64,000 nt of DNA, from positions 1 through 64,000 of the forward strand of contig NW_021837038.1 of NCBI RefSeq assembly GCF_006345805.1, read 5' to 3'. Position numbers and translations under genes: made by a program. The first letter of the stretch is position 1, and every line of letters begins with the position of its first letter. Source of the stretch: Octopus sinensis. Taxonomy: Eukaryota. Under the pieces are notes generated by a model, which worked only from the letters and a program-made list of their open reading frames with translations, searched no databases and had not been told where the DNA came from. Below are positions 49,156 to 61,780 of the stretch, piece by piece.

Positions 49156-50478
49156 CAAGCATAGATTGACATATTTTGGTCATATTATGCAGAGAAAATC
49201 CTTGGAGGACATCATGCCCGGAATGGTCAGTGGCAAGAGAGGAAGAGGCCGACCACGAACCCGCTGGCTTGACACCATCAAGAGTGATACCGGAATGGAC
49301 ATAGCCAATCTGAAAGAAGCGGCTCAGGATAGAACTGACTGGAGGACACTGATCCAACGAGTGACTGAGAGTCAACTTCGACTGAGCGGATAGATAGATA
49401 GATAGATAGATAGATATATAATATATAACGTGTATATATTAAATATAACGTGTATATATATATATATAGGAATGGTCAGTGGCAAGAGAGGTAGGGGCCG
49501 ACCAAGAACCCACTGGTTTGACACCATCAAGAGTGATACCGGAATGGACATAGCCAATCTGAAAGAAGCGGCTCAGGATAGAACTGACTGGAGGACACTG
49601 ATCCATCAAGTAACCAAGAGTCGACTTCGACTGAACAGAAAGATAGATAGATATATGTGTGTATATACATGTGTATATATATGTGTGTATATATATATGG
49701 ACACTAAAGAAAGCTGACCAGAAAAGAATTAATGCATTCGAGCTTTGGTGTTGGAGAAGACTTTTACGGATTCCATGGACAGCGAGGCTCACCAATGAAG
49801 AAGTTCTTAAGCAGATAAGGCCGAAAATGTCACTAGAAGCTAGGATCACCAAGCATAGATTGGCATATTTTGGTCATATTATGCGGAGAAAATCCCTGGA
49901 GAAGGACATCAGTCAGTGGCAAGAGAGGAAGAGGCCGACCAAGAACTCGCTGGCTTGACACCATCAAGAGTGATACCGGGCTGGACATAGCCAATCTGAA
50001 AGAAGCGGCCCAGGATAGAACTGACTGGAGGACACTGATCCATCGAGTAACCGAGAGTTGACTTCAACTGAGCAGATAGATAGATAGATAATATATAACG
50101 TGTATATATATATATATATACGGAATGGTCAGTGGCAAGAGAGGAAGAGGCCGACCAAGAACCCGCTGACTTGACACCATCAAGAGTGATACTGGTATGG
50201 ACATAGCCAATCTGAAAGAAGCGGCCCAGGATAGAACTGACTGGAGGACACTGATCCAACGAGTGACCGAGAGTCGACTTCGACTGAGCAGATATATATA
50301 TATATATACGGAATGGTCAGTGGCAAGAGAGGAAGAGGCCGACCAAGAACCAGCTGGCTTGACACCATCAAGAGTGATACTGGTATGGACATAGCCAATC
50401 TGAAAGAAGCGGCCCAGGATAGAACTGACTGGAGGACACTGATCCAACGAGTAACCGTGAGTCGACTTCGACTGAGCG

Positions 50479-50480
<2 letters not shown>
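49156..50480 (+). mobile_element. Five tandem 5'-truncated RTE-clade LINE 3' ends
   Basis: YFGHIMRRKSLEKDI..GMVSGKRGRGRPRTRWLDTIKSDTGMDIANLKEAAQDRTDWR repeated, separated by (GATA)n/(TA)n. Confidence 0.85.
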
Positions 50481-50525
<45 letters not shown>

Positions 50526-50582
50526 GGATGGATGGATGGATGGATGGATGGATGGATGGATGGAGGATGGATGGATGGATGG

Positions 50583-50614
<32 letters not shown>

Positions 50615-52532
50615 GGATAGATAGATAGAATCTAACACTTTCCATCAAAATCTCATTAATTTCTCTTCCAAACACCAACTTGATAATGACAAATTTATTT
50701 TATTAAATTCTTAATAATTTTTGAAATTAATTGAAACAAACCCAGTGTATTTCAGCAGAAATCTCCCAGCCATATGCTTTAGATTCCAGATCTTTCCATG
50801 GAATTTGCCTCAACCCTTTTGATACTAACCCAGTGAGACCACTCCTGGTCCTACGATAAAAACATCCTGTTTTAAAAATAATCTAAATTTAAAAAATAAT
50901 GGCTTTTTTAAAAAAAAGAATACAAAGATTTTTATATATATATATATATGGTGTAGGAGTGGCTGTGTGGTAAGTAGTTTATTTACCAACCATGTTTCCG
51001 GGTTCAGTCGCACTACGTTTGCATCTTGGCCAAGTGTCTTCTACTATAGCCTCAGGCCGACCAATGCCTTGTGAGTGGATTTGGTAGACGGAAACTGAAA
51101 GAAGCCTGTCGTATATATATGTATGTATATATACAAAATGAGAAAATATGTTTGTGTGTCTGTGTTTGTCTCCCCTAGCATTGCTTGACAACCGATGCTG
51201 GTGTGTTTACGTCCCCGTTACTTAGCGGTTCGGCAAAAGAGACCGATAGAATAAGTACTGGGCTTACAAAGAATAAGTCTCGGGGTCGATTAGATCGACT
51301 AAAGGCGGTGCTCCAGCATGGCCGCAGTCAAATGACTGAAACAAGTAAAAGAGAGTAAAAGAGAGATATATATGGTGCAGGAGTGGCTGTGTGGTAAGTA
51401 GCTTGTTTACCAACCACATGGTTCCGGGTTCAGTCCCACTGCGTGGCACCTTGGCCAAGTGTCTTCTACTATAGCCTCGGGCCGACCAAAGCCTTGTGAG
51501 TGGATTTGGTAGATGGAAACTGAAAGAAGCCCATCGTATATATGTATTTATATATGCGTGTGTGTGTATGTGTGTCTGTGTTTGTCCCCCGAGCATTGCT
51601 TGATAACCGATGCTGGTGTGTTTACGTCCCCGTCACCTAGCGGTTCGGCAAAAGACACTGATAGAATAAGTACTGGGCTTACAAAAGAATAAGTCCTGGG
51701 GTCGAGTTGCTCGATTAAAGGTGGTGCTCCAGCATGGCCGCAGTCAATTGACTGAAACAAGTAAAAGTATAAAAGAGTAAAGAGTATACAAATAAATGAT
51801 TTGAGGTGAAATTAAGATGCATAAAAACCATTATTATGAATCTCAAGGTCACGAAAATTCATTCATAATAAAGATTTTTATATCTCTTAATTCCACCTCA
51901 AATAATTTATTTGTATACATATGTCTTAGTTTCTTTGAAAAAAAACATTTTTTATACCTATTTCTTTACTCAGAAATTTGAACTCAGAACGTAGCGGCAG
52001 ACGAAATACCTATTTCTTTACTACCCACAAGGGACGAAACACAGAGAGGACAAACAAGGACAGACAAACGGATTAAGTCGATTATATCGACCCCAGTGCG
52101 TAACTGGTACTTATTTAATCGACCCCGAAAGGATGAAAGGCAAAGTCGACCTCGGCGGAATTTGAACTCAGAACGTAGCGGCAGACGAAATACCTATTTC
52201 TTTACTACCCACAAGGGACGAAACACAGAGAGGACAAACAAGGACAGACAAACGGATTAAGTCGATTATATCGACCCCAGTGCGTAACTGGTACTTATTT
52301 AATCGACCCCGAAAGGATGAAAGGCAAAGTCGACCTCGGCGGAATTTGAACTCAGAACGTAGCGGCAGACGAAATACCTATTTCTTTACTACCCACAAGG
52401 GACGAAACACAGAGAGGACACACAAGGACAGACAAACGGATTAAGTCGATTATATCGACCCTAGTGCGTAACTGGTACTTATTTAATCGACCCTGAAAGG
52501 ATGAAAGGCAGAGTCGACCTTTGCGGAATTTG

Positions 52533-53474
52533 GGATCTTTTCGGTTTGAACGGCAGTTTTTTCTAGTGGTGTCATATGAAATTGTCACCCATAATAATGA
52601 CCCTAGTATAGATCTATTGCATTTCAATCTGTTTTAGGGTTAGGATTAGTCAGGGTTAGTTAGGGTTAGGGTTGTGAGGAAGGGTATCTTTTTTTCTTCA
52701 CAAATGTAAATAAACCCAATCTGTTTCTTAAACGAGGGACATATTCATATGGCACAGAATGTTTTTTTTACCTCAATGGACGTCATTGATTGGTTGAAAT
52801 TGCAGAAATTGAAGAAAAAACAACAACAAATATCTAACAAACTATAGAATTTTCTCAATAAAGCCAAGAGAAAAAGAGGCAATCTTTCGTCTCTAGTAGA
52901 CCTTTCCGTCGATTTCCGTAAAAAATTTTTTTTTTTTACATATGGGCTTGCGGGAAGTTTTGAAGTGATGAGAGCGAAAGAGACTAAGAGAAAGCGATTG
53001 TATGACGAGGGAAGTTCTTTTGAAGTTACCGTGCATGGCAAGCATTGATGTACATGTGCGTGTGTGTGTGTTTGATGGGGTGTGGGAGACAGACAGTATG
53101 TTGTGTAAGTGAAGTGCTTCTGTTAGTGTGTGTGAAAGAAAGAGATAACTGAAATTTTTTACTCGGTGTATGTGTATATGTATGTATATTACTTCAAAAG
53201 TTCCCGCAAGCCCATATGTAAAAAAAAAAATTCTTTACGGAAATCGACGGTGTATGTGTATATGTATGTATATATTACTTCAAAAGTTTCCGCAAGCCCA
53301 TATGTAAAAAAAAAAAAAAAATTATTTACGGAAATCGACGGAAAGGTCTACTAGAGACGAAAGATCGCCGAAAAAGATGTTTTATAAACCCACTCTACCA
53401 GTATACGAAGCTTAAAAGTGTTTAGTTACCTAGAAATTATGCTAAAAAAACTGCCGTTCAAACCGAAAAGATCC
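52533..53474. mobile_element. GGATC-MITE interrupted by a second MITE
   Basis: Host TIRs at both ends; nested element at 52878-53369. Confidence 0.75.
52878..53369. mobile_element. Nested MITE, GGCAATCTTTCGTCTCTAG TIRs, 8-bp TSD gaaaaaga (Merlin-like)
   Basis: Long TIRs (over 70 bp); TSD at 52870-52877 and 53370-53377. Confidence 0.8.
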
Positions 53475-53599
53475 CCTCTCCCTTCACGCCCCTTTTTTGT
53501 ATTTTAGTTCTCTCCTTTTTTTTTTTTTTTCCCCTTATCTCATCCTATCACCCTTCTGCCACCTATCTTTTATCTAATTCTCTCCCCTTCCTCCTGCTT

Positions 53600-53745
53600 A
53601 CACTTCTCACCAACTCCCACCTTCTCTAAACAGTGTCTATATCTTAATTAGCCAAACATCACATCAGGAGATGATAAGAGGGTTCGTTCCCTCTCTTGGA
53701 CTACCTTGACTATTATCATGCTTTACTTAACCCAAAGGTGAGATA
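53600..53745 (+). other. Putative non-coding first exon of ACOT copy 3 (donor at 53738)
   Basis: ctctaaaca...aaag|gtgagatataattaat resembles the modules at 5.5 kb and 11.6 kb but is more diverged. Confidence 0.4.
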
Positions 53746-54155
53746 TAATTAATACATCATTCACACTATTTACTAGTTTCTATCTGATTTATTCGATTAA
53801 TGTCATAACCTTGGTGTTATTCACAATTCTTTCGCTAATTGCTTTTTGACGGAATTCAATTTACGGTACTCTTTACTCTTTTACTTGTTTCAGTCATTTG
53901 ACTGCGGCCATGCTGGAGCACCGCCTTTTAGTCGAGCAAATCGACCCCAGGACTTATTCTTATGTAAGCCTATGAAGGCGGCGAGCTGGCAGAATCGTTA
54001 GCACGCCGGGCGAAATGCTCAGCAGTATTTCGTCTGTCGTTACGTTCTGGGTTCAAACACCGCCGAGGTCGACTTTGCCTTTCATCCTTTCGGGGTCGAT
54101 AAATAAAGTACCAATTGCGCACTGGGGTCGATGTAGTTGACTCAATCCCTTTGTC

Positions 54156-55459
54156 GGTACTTGTCTATTGTCGTGGTCCCGGTTTCGCACACGCGCCAGA
54201 CGTAGGTACTCGATACTCGAGATCCTACGAGGTGACTTGCGCATGCGCAGTGCAGAATTCGCGCATGCGCGTTACCCCCCCCTAAAAAAAAGGCGTTGGA
54301 TTTCACTAAAAATATATATGTGTGTGTGTGTGGTGTGTGTATATATAACATTTTCAATTTTACACAAAAAAATTACATAGTCGCTTTCCTCGCGGATTTA
54401 CAGATAAATGAATTAATTACTATTTTACAGAATAAAATTAATGAATTAATTATATAAATTAAATAATTCTTGAAAATTAATTAATATTAATAATATTTTT
54501 TGAACAAAGTAAATAATTTATAAAACTTGGTTAATAATTTTTTTTACACAAACGCGAACGTATATAATTTGTGAAACTTTTTTTTTTTTACAGACGTATA
54601 TAATTTGGTAAACTTAATGAATTAATTTCTTATCATCATCATCATCGTTTAACGTCCGTTCTCCATGCCAGCATGGGTTGGACGGTTCGACCGGGGATCT
54701 GGGAAGCCAGAAGGCTGCACCAGACTCCAGTCTTATCTGGAGTCTTATCTTTCTACAGCTGGATGCCCTTCCTAACGCCAACCACTCCGAGAGTGTAGTG
54801 GGTGCTTTTTACATGCCACCCGCACAGGTGCCAGGCGAGGCTGGCAACGGCCACGGTCGGATTGGTGCCAGTCGAGGCGGCTCTGGCATCGGCCACGATT
54901 CGGATAGTGCTTTTTACGTACCACCAGTCCAGGGGTCCTGGCATTTGCCGGGTGTCACACTTGCCCCAACATGTCTTCGCAAGCAAAGGGGGTTGGCATG
55001 TGTGCCTGTCGTGGGATGAGGTTCGATATCAACTTCGCTTGCCTCAACAGGTCTTTGTGTATAAATGTATAAATTTTTCGCACTAAATTCTTTCCGTAGA
55101 ATTTATCAAAAAACGCGCAAAATTATTCCGTAGAATTTATCAAATTAAAAAACGCAAAATTAATATATTTTTTGAAATTGCAAATTATTTAGAATATAAA
55201 ACAAATGAAGTTAAATTTTAAAAATAAATGTCATATACTTATACTCTGTAAGGTGCTGTGTTCACACTTCAATTTACTATTTTCTAGAAATGTTGCTTTT
55301 CTAATTGAAACAATTTTTCTCAATCTCCATTTAAAAGTCCATCATGTCTCTTGAGACATATCAAAATGAACAACTTTGAATTACGCGGCGGCGGTGGTGG
55401 TGTGAGGTTCTAATTTTTTCGCGTGTGCGAAACCGGGACCACGACAATAGACAAGTACC
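54156..55459. mobile_element. TIR element with perfect 40-bp TIRs (GGTACTTGTC...), Merlin-like termini, containing a SINE
   Basis: 54156-54195 is the exact reverse complement of 55420-55459. Confidence 0.85.
54238..54271. promoter_or_regulatory. Two palindromic NRF1/EWG-type motifs
   Basis: TGCGCATGCGCA (54238-54249) and CGCGCATGCGCG (54260-54271) match YGCGCAYGCGCR. Confidence 0.4.
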
Positions 55460-56832
55460 CTTATTCTTATGTAAGCCTATGAAGGCGGCGAGCTGGCAGA
55501 ATCGTTAGCACGCCGGGCGAAATGCTCAGCAGTATTTCGTCTGTCGTTACGTTCTGGGTTCAAACACCGCCGAGGTCGACTTTGCCTTTCATCCTTTCGG
55601 GGTCGATAAATAAAGTACCAGCTGCGCACTGGGGTCGATGTAGTTGACTTAATCCCTTTGTCTGTCTGTCTTTGTTTGTCCCCTCTATGTTTAGCCCCTT
55701 GTGGGCAATAAAGAAATATATTCTTATGTAAGCCTAATACTTATTCTATATACATATATACGACAGGCTTCTTTTAGTTTCCGCCTACCAAATCCACTCA
55801 CAAGGCTTTGATCGGCCCGAGGCTATAGCAGAAGACACTTGCCCAAGGTTCCACGCAGTGGGACTGAACCCAGAACCATGTGGTTCGTAAGCAAGATACT
55901 TACCACACAGCCACTCCTGCGCCTATTTATATATATATATATATATACGACAGGCTTCTTTCAGTTTCCGTCTACCAAATCCACTCACAAAGCATTGGTC
56001 GGCCCGGGGCTATAACAGAAGACACTTGCCAAGGTTCCACGCAGTGGGACTGAACCCAGAACCATGTGGTTCGTAAGCAAGATACTTACCACACAGCCAC
56101 TCCTGCGCCTATTTATATATATATATATATATACGACAGGCTTCTTTCAGTTTCCGTCTACCAAATCCACTCACAAAGCATTGGTCGGCCCGGGGCTATA
56201 ACAGAAGACACTTGCCCAAGATGCTACGCAGTGGGACTGAACTCGAAACCATGTGATTCGTAAGCAAGATACTTACCACACAGCCACTCCTGCGCCTATT
56301 TATATATATATATACGACAGGCTTCTTTCAGTTTCCGTCTACCAAATCCACTCACAAGGCATTGGTCGGCCCGGGGCTATAGTAGAAGACACTTGCCCAA
56401 GTTGCTACGCAGTGGGACTGAACTCGAAACCATGTGGTTGGTTAGCAAGCTACTTACCACACAGCCACTCCTGCGCCATTTATTTATTTCTTCATAAATG
56501 GAATATTTTTCCCAACGAAATTCTTTTACGAATAGCTTTCAGACGGTGAATTCGATTATATCGGAGTTCGATATGGAAACTTTGTTTCGGAGGTGAGTGG
56601 AGAGGAGTTTAGAAAACTTCACCTGGATAGATTTTGTTTTTGCACAATTCACAGAAATATAGATCGCATCCTCTCCCGATGGCTCCGTAAATTTGCTAGC
56701 ATCCGATATGCATAGCTTTCAACTGGTTTGAAGATTAGGTTTATATCGGAATCGAATGTAAAATCAAAAGAAAAACGTTGGTGAGCACTCACACATGCAT
56801 ATTTTCAGACCTGACCCTTGTCGCATGCGTTA

Positions 56833-57206
56833 TCTCTCTATATATAAACGGCAGTTTGTCTGTGCGTGTTTCTGTGTGTCTGTTTGCTTGTACCCTCACT
56901 CTGACCACGGCTTTCAACCGATTCTGATGAAACTTGACACACACATAGCCCAATGTCATAATTCAAAACTAACGCAGCGAAAATTTTGAAAAGTTCCCCC
57001 TGTTCTGAAAAAAATCGATAAATTCGACATGGGGTCGACAATCAGAAACACAAACCACAAACTGTCTAGGGGACGCAACTCCACCTTTTTTAAATCTCAA
57101 AAAAAATTTACCATCATTTTTTTCCTATTTTTTGGATATAACTCTCTAAAAATGCTTTATAGTTATTTCCCTTACAAACCTGAGCAACGCCGGGCGATAC
57201 TGCTAG
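56833..57206 (+). mobile_element. Non-autonomous Helitron
   Basis: A|TCTCTCTATATATAAACGGCAG...gcaacgccgggcgatactgCTAG|T. Confidence 0.75.
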
Positions 57207-58207
57207 TACGTTATATAATATAAGGGAAGAAGGTGGCGAGCTGGCAGAACCGTTAGCACGCCGGGCGAAATGCTTTGCGGTATTTCGTCTGCCGTTACGT
57301 TCTGAGTTCAAATTCCGCCGAGGTTGACTTTGCCTTTCATCCTTTCGGGGTCGATATAATTGACTTAATCCGTTTGTCTATCCTTGTTTGACCCCTCTGT
57401 GTTTAGCCCCTTGTGGGTAGTAAAGAAATAGGTATTTCGTCTGCCGTTATGTTCTGAGTTCAAATTCCGCCAATGTCAACTCTGCCTTTTATCCTTTCGG
57501 GGTCGATAAATTAAGTACCAGTTACGCACTGGGTTCGATATAATCGACTTAATCCGTTTGTCTGTCCTTGTTTAGCCCCTTGTGGGTAGTAAAGAAATAG
57601 GTATTTGGTCAGTCGCTACGTTCTGAGTTCAAATTCTGTCGAGGTCGACTTTACCTTTTATCCTTTTGGGGTCGATTAAATAAGTACCAGTTACGCACTG
57701 GGGTCGATATAATCGACTTAATACCTATGTCTGTCCTTGCTTGTCCCCTTTATGTTTAGCCCCTTGTGGGTAATAAAGAAATAGGAATTTCGTCAGCCGC
57801 TACGTTCTGAGTTCAAATTCCGTCGAGGTCGACTTTACCTTTTATCCTTTCGGGGTCGATTAAATAAGTACCAGTTACGCACTGGGGTCGATATAATCGA
57901 CTTAATACCTATGTCTGTCCTTGCTTGTCCCCTTTATGTTTAGCCCCTTGTGGGTAATAAAGAAATAGGTATTTGGTCAGTCGCTACGTTCTGAGTTCAA
58001 ATTCCGCCGAGGTCGATGTAATTGACCAGTCCCTCCCCCCCATATTTCAGACCATGTATCTATAGTAAAAAGGTTATATAAGGGGGTGGGGCAGAAGAAG
58101 TAATATTTACTGCATTTTACACTTTGAGAAGAAAAAAAAAAAATTTTCACAAATTGCATCACAAAAACTGTATCGGCTTTTCTAAATGCATTAAAAATAC
58201 TATTACA

Positions 58208-58239
<32 letters not shown>

Positions 58240-59344
58240 ATGTTTTGTGTGTGTATATATATATATATATACCGGAGTAAACACATAAATGTGAAACACG
58301 GCAGAAAAAAGAGTACTCAAATACCAGTGGTAGAGTAATATGCTTTATTTAAAGCAGCAGAAAATTCAACAAAACCTGTTACTCTGAGTTTCACGTTTCC
58401 GTTCGTCGGACTCATTATCTTTTATTAAACTTTTAATAATTTTGATATATATTTAAAATAATATAAATTAATTAATTTTATGTATTGGCTTAAGTTTTTC
58501 ATTGTTTGATTTGCCTAATAGTGGTTTTATCTCTAATTTAATATAATATATATATATATATATAATGTTTTGTGTTAGCATTGCTTGACAACCGATGCTG
58601 GTGTGTTTGCGTCCCCGTCACTTAGCAGTTCAGCAAAAGAGACCGATAGAATAAGTACTGGGCTTACAAAGAATAAGTCCCGGGGTTGAGTTGCTCGATT
58701 AAAGGCGGTTAGTGACAGGATGTTGTCTGTTTTAGTCGCAGCAGATGATTTTAGCTCAATAGAGGGCATAGGATTGGTTAAAATTCGAAAAATTAAACTA
58801 CGTTAAACTTACAAATTACAATTTTCTCAAGAAAGCCAAAAGAAAAAATGTTTTATTTTGACACATTCTACCAGTATACGAAGTTTAAAAGTGTTTAGCT
58901 AACCAGAAATTGTGTTGAAAACTGCCGTTCAAAAGGAAAAGATCCGTTTTGCTTTAGTACATGTGTGTGTAACACAGTTATTACATGTGTATATATTCTT
59001 CTAAGCTGAAGTGAAGACATGTTCTTTGTCTAATTCCTTGCCTTCTTGGAGGTTTTAGGTAAAATTATACTAATGTGTCCATCTGTTTTAAAATAATTAA
59101 ATTCTATGTCTTTGTGCAGCTGAGGATTGCTCTGCATTTAAATTGATGTAATGATTGCATTGTTCAATTTAATGGTGTTGCTTGAAACGATCGTACTGCA
59201 TTACCTCTGGATATCCTGTTGCTTATTTTGATTTTAATCACCTTATTTTGAAACTGTATGGATAATACTGTACTAAATTATGGTACCTCAACTTAAGTAC
59301 CATATTCAGCTGAATCTAAATTTTTGCTTTACACACACACACAC

Positions 59345-59384
<40 letters not shown>

Positions 59385-59387
<3 letters not shown>

Positions 59388-59658
59388 GAGTGGTTGTATA
59401 CTGTCAACTTAACGTGACAGTCCTGTAAGGGAATTACACCACCACTGTTTAGCTCTAGGAAGCATCGACGCTTCCTGTCGGCCATGACACATTTCCTGTG
59501 TCCTTATATATTTTGTCTTCCCTTCGTAAATGTATATAAGGACACAGAAAATGTGTCGAGGCTGACAGGAAGCGTCGATGCTTCCTAGAGCTAAACAGCG
59601 GTGGTGTAACCCCCTACTGTCATGTTCACTTTAGATTGACAGTATACAACCATTCTAT
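59385..59658. mobile_element. Foldback/MITE-like element, almost entirely self-complementary
   Basis: atagagtggttgtatactgtcaa.../...ttgacagtatacaaccattctat, with inner arms tgtttagctctaggaagcatcgacgcttcctgtc. Confidence 0.65.
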
Positions 59659-60190
59659 CACCCCACCACCGTACATATCTCTATGAGATATTTAGAAATT
59701 CAATATATATATATATATATACATACATCAGTTATCACCATGATTGATTGCTAGCCACTAAACCTTTTTTTTATTCTCTCTATTTCCTCGTGTTCCTTTC
59801 TGTTGAAGAGCCTAGGCTCGAAATGTAAAAGACTTTCTCACCTTCCCAAGCGTTAAACTAATACACCTGTTTGTTGTTTACACACCTGTCTTCATGTTCT
59901 GTTTTTTGTAAATTCCAACTATATATATATAAATACACACATATATACATATACACACATATACATAAATACATATGGCTTGACAGGTCCATATTAACTT
60001 CACCTGTGTTATTATTTATATAATCATTACATCTGATCCTACATCTAATTAATTCTTATGTTAATAAGTAATTAAAGTCACTGTTTTATAAGCAAAACCT
60101 GCTTGTCTAAACCGTGAATTCTGTTCTAAAACTCATTTAATTTTTGTGTTTTTCTTCTGCAGTCCTCCAAGTAAACACTGACCGAGAAAG

Positions 60191-61525
60191 ATGATCCTCC
60201 GTCCATCCTACCAACTACTCTCTGCTCTACGTCATATACCCACCTACCCAAAATTCTTATCCAGAGCGCTAGTTTCGGTAACAGTGAATCCAGAAAAGGG
60301 TTTGGTCGATGAGCAATTGTCTGTGAGTGTTTCTGGTTTGAAACCTGAAGAAAATGTCACAGTCAGTGCCACAATCGAACAGAGCTCAAAGAAAAGAGAA
60401 ACCGTTTTCAGGTCTTTCGGACATTTCAAAGCTTCAGTTGACGGATGTGTTAATCTGGTCACTGACCCATGTTTAGCGGGAACTTACAGTGGAATTGATC
60501 CCATGGGATTATTTTGGAGTATGACTCAAGTAGTTGGAAAACATGGTAGAATTATGACTCATGATGCCACCAAATCTTTGGATTACACTGTGATGGTCCA
60601 CCCTGGTCATATCTCACAGAATTCTGAGTTTACCTCTGATATAAAACCATTAGCAACCAAGTTGGTTCCACGATCGTTTATGAGATCTGGTGTCCGCAAA
60701 ATCACAGTTTACCACGGAAGACTTCGGGGTAGTTTATTCATACCAAGTGACGAAACGACCAACAGACGACGACGGCAATACCCTGCTGTGATAGATCTAT
60801 CTGGAAGCACCGGTTCTTTGATAGAATCCAGAGGGGCTCTGTTAGCATCCCATGGATTTATTACTTTAAGTTTGGCCTATTTTGCTTATGAAGACTTACC
60901 ATCGGCCATCACCGATGTTGACTTTGAATATTTCGAAGAGGCTATTGAGTGGCTTATCAACCACGAGCAGGTTTCCAGCGAGAAAGGTATAGGTGTGTTA
61001 GGGACATCTCTAGGAGGAATAATAGCTCTCTACATAGCAAAAGAGTGCCCGCAAGTTAGCGCTGTTATAAGTATAAATGCTTCGCCAGCCTTCTTTGTTT
61101 TTAGTATCCGCCATAACGGTAAACAGATTCCAAGCTCTCCTCTGGAATGTGGCAGTTTTGAATTGAAAGATGATGGGAGTTTATTGGCATTGTGGAAAGT
61201 AGATGAATCCAAACTCTTTTATTTCGATGAGACTTGTCGTAGCAAAGTATTGTTTCTGATTAGCGGTGATGACCAAGTGGTTTATACAAGTGACTATTAC
61301 CTCTGGTTTGACAAGTTAACGCCAGCCAAGAGAAAAGATGTTGAATTCGTTATGTATGAGGATGCTGGTCACCTTTTGGAACCCCCATACACCCCTCTGT
61401 TTAATACTTGTTATGCTGCTCTGTATGGCCGTCCGACTGTATTTGGGGGTTACCCCCGACCACACGCTGAGGCACAAGAAAAGTCCTGGTTAAAGATCAG
61501 GGAATTTTTTGCTGAAAATCTATAA
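60191..61525 (+). CDS. ACOT: Acyl-CoA thioesterase / BAAT-family alpha/beta-hydrolase, copy 3 (444 aa)
   Basis: Paralogue of 8634-9971 with GTSLGG, GDD and YEDAGH triad intact. Same acceptor (ends 60162) and 28-nt leader. Confidence 0.93.
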   Translation: MILRPSYQLLSALRHIPTYPKFLSRALVSVTVNPEKGLVDEQLSVSVSGLKPEENVTVSATIEQSSKKRETVFRSFGHFKASVDGCVNLVTDPCLAGTYSGIDPMGLFWSMTQVVGKHGRIMTHDATKSLDYTVMVHPGHISQNSEFTSDIKPLATKLVPRSFMRSGVRKITVYHGRLRGSLFIPSDETTNRRRRQYPAVIDLSGSTGSLIESRGALLASHGFITLSLAYFAYEDLPSAITDVDFEYFEEAIEWLINHEQVSSEKGIGVLGTSLGGIIALYIAKECPQVSAVISINASPAFFVFSIRHNGKQIPSSPLECGSFELKDDGSLLALWKVDESKLFYFDETCRSKVLFLISGDDQVVYTSDYYLWFDKLTPAKRKDVEFVMYEDAGHLLEPPYTPLFNTCYAALYGRPTVFGGYPRPHAEAQEKSWLKIREFFAENL

Positions 61526-61780
61526 AAATTTCAACAGTGATTCGATAATGTAGATTATTTATGTGATAACGAGATCACTAATGATAATAAAGTAGCAAGC
61601 TGTCAGAACAGTGAGTGCTCGGGGCAAAATGCTTTATTTTACTAAATTCTACTTCATTTTCAAAAAAATTTTACGTGCCACTGGCACAGGTGCCAGGCGG
61701 GGTTGGCAATGGCCACGATCGGATTGGTGCTTTTTATGTGCAGGTGGCAAGTAAATAATAATAATAATAATAATAATAAT

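Noticed and set aside
58378-58411. Hammerhead-like motif (CCGACGA core) on -
   Set aside because: The element is truncated, leaving only 2 bp of stem I; noted only as support for the 3.9-kb family.
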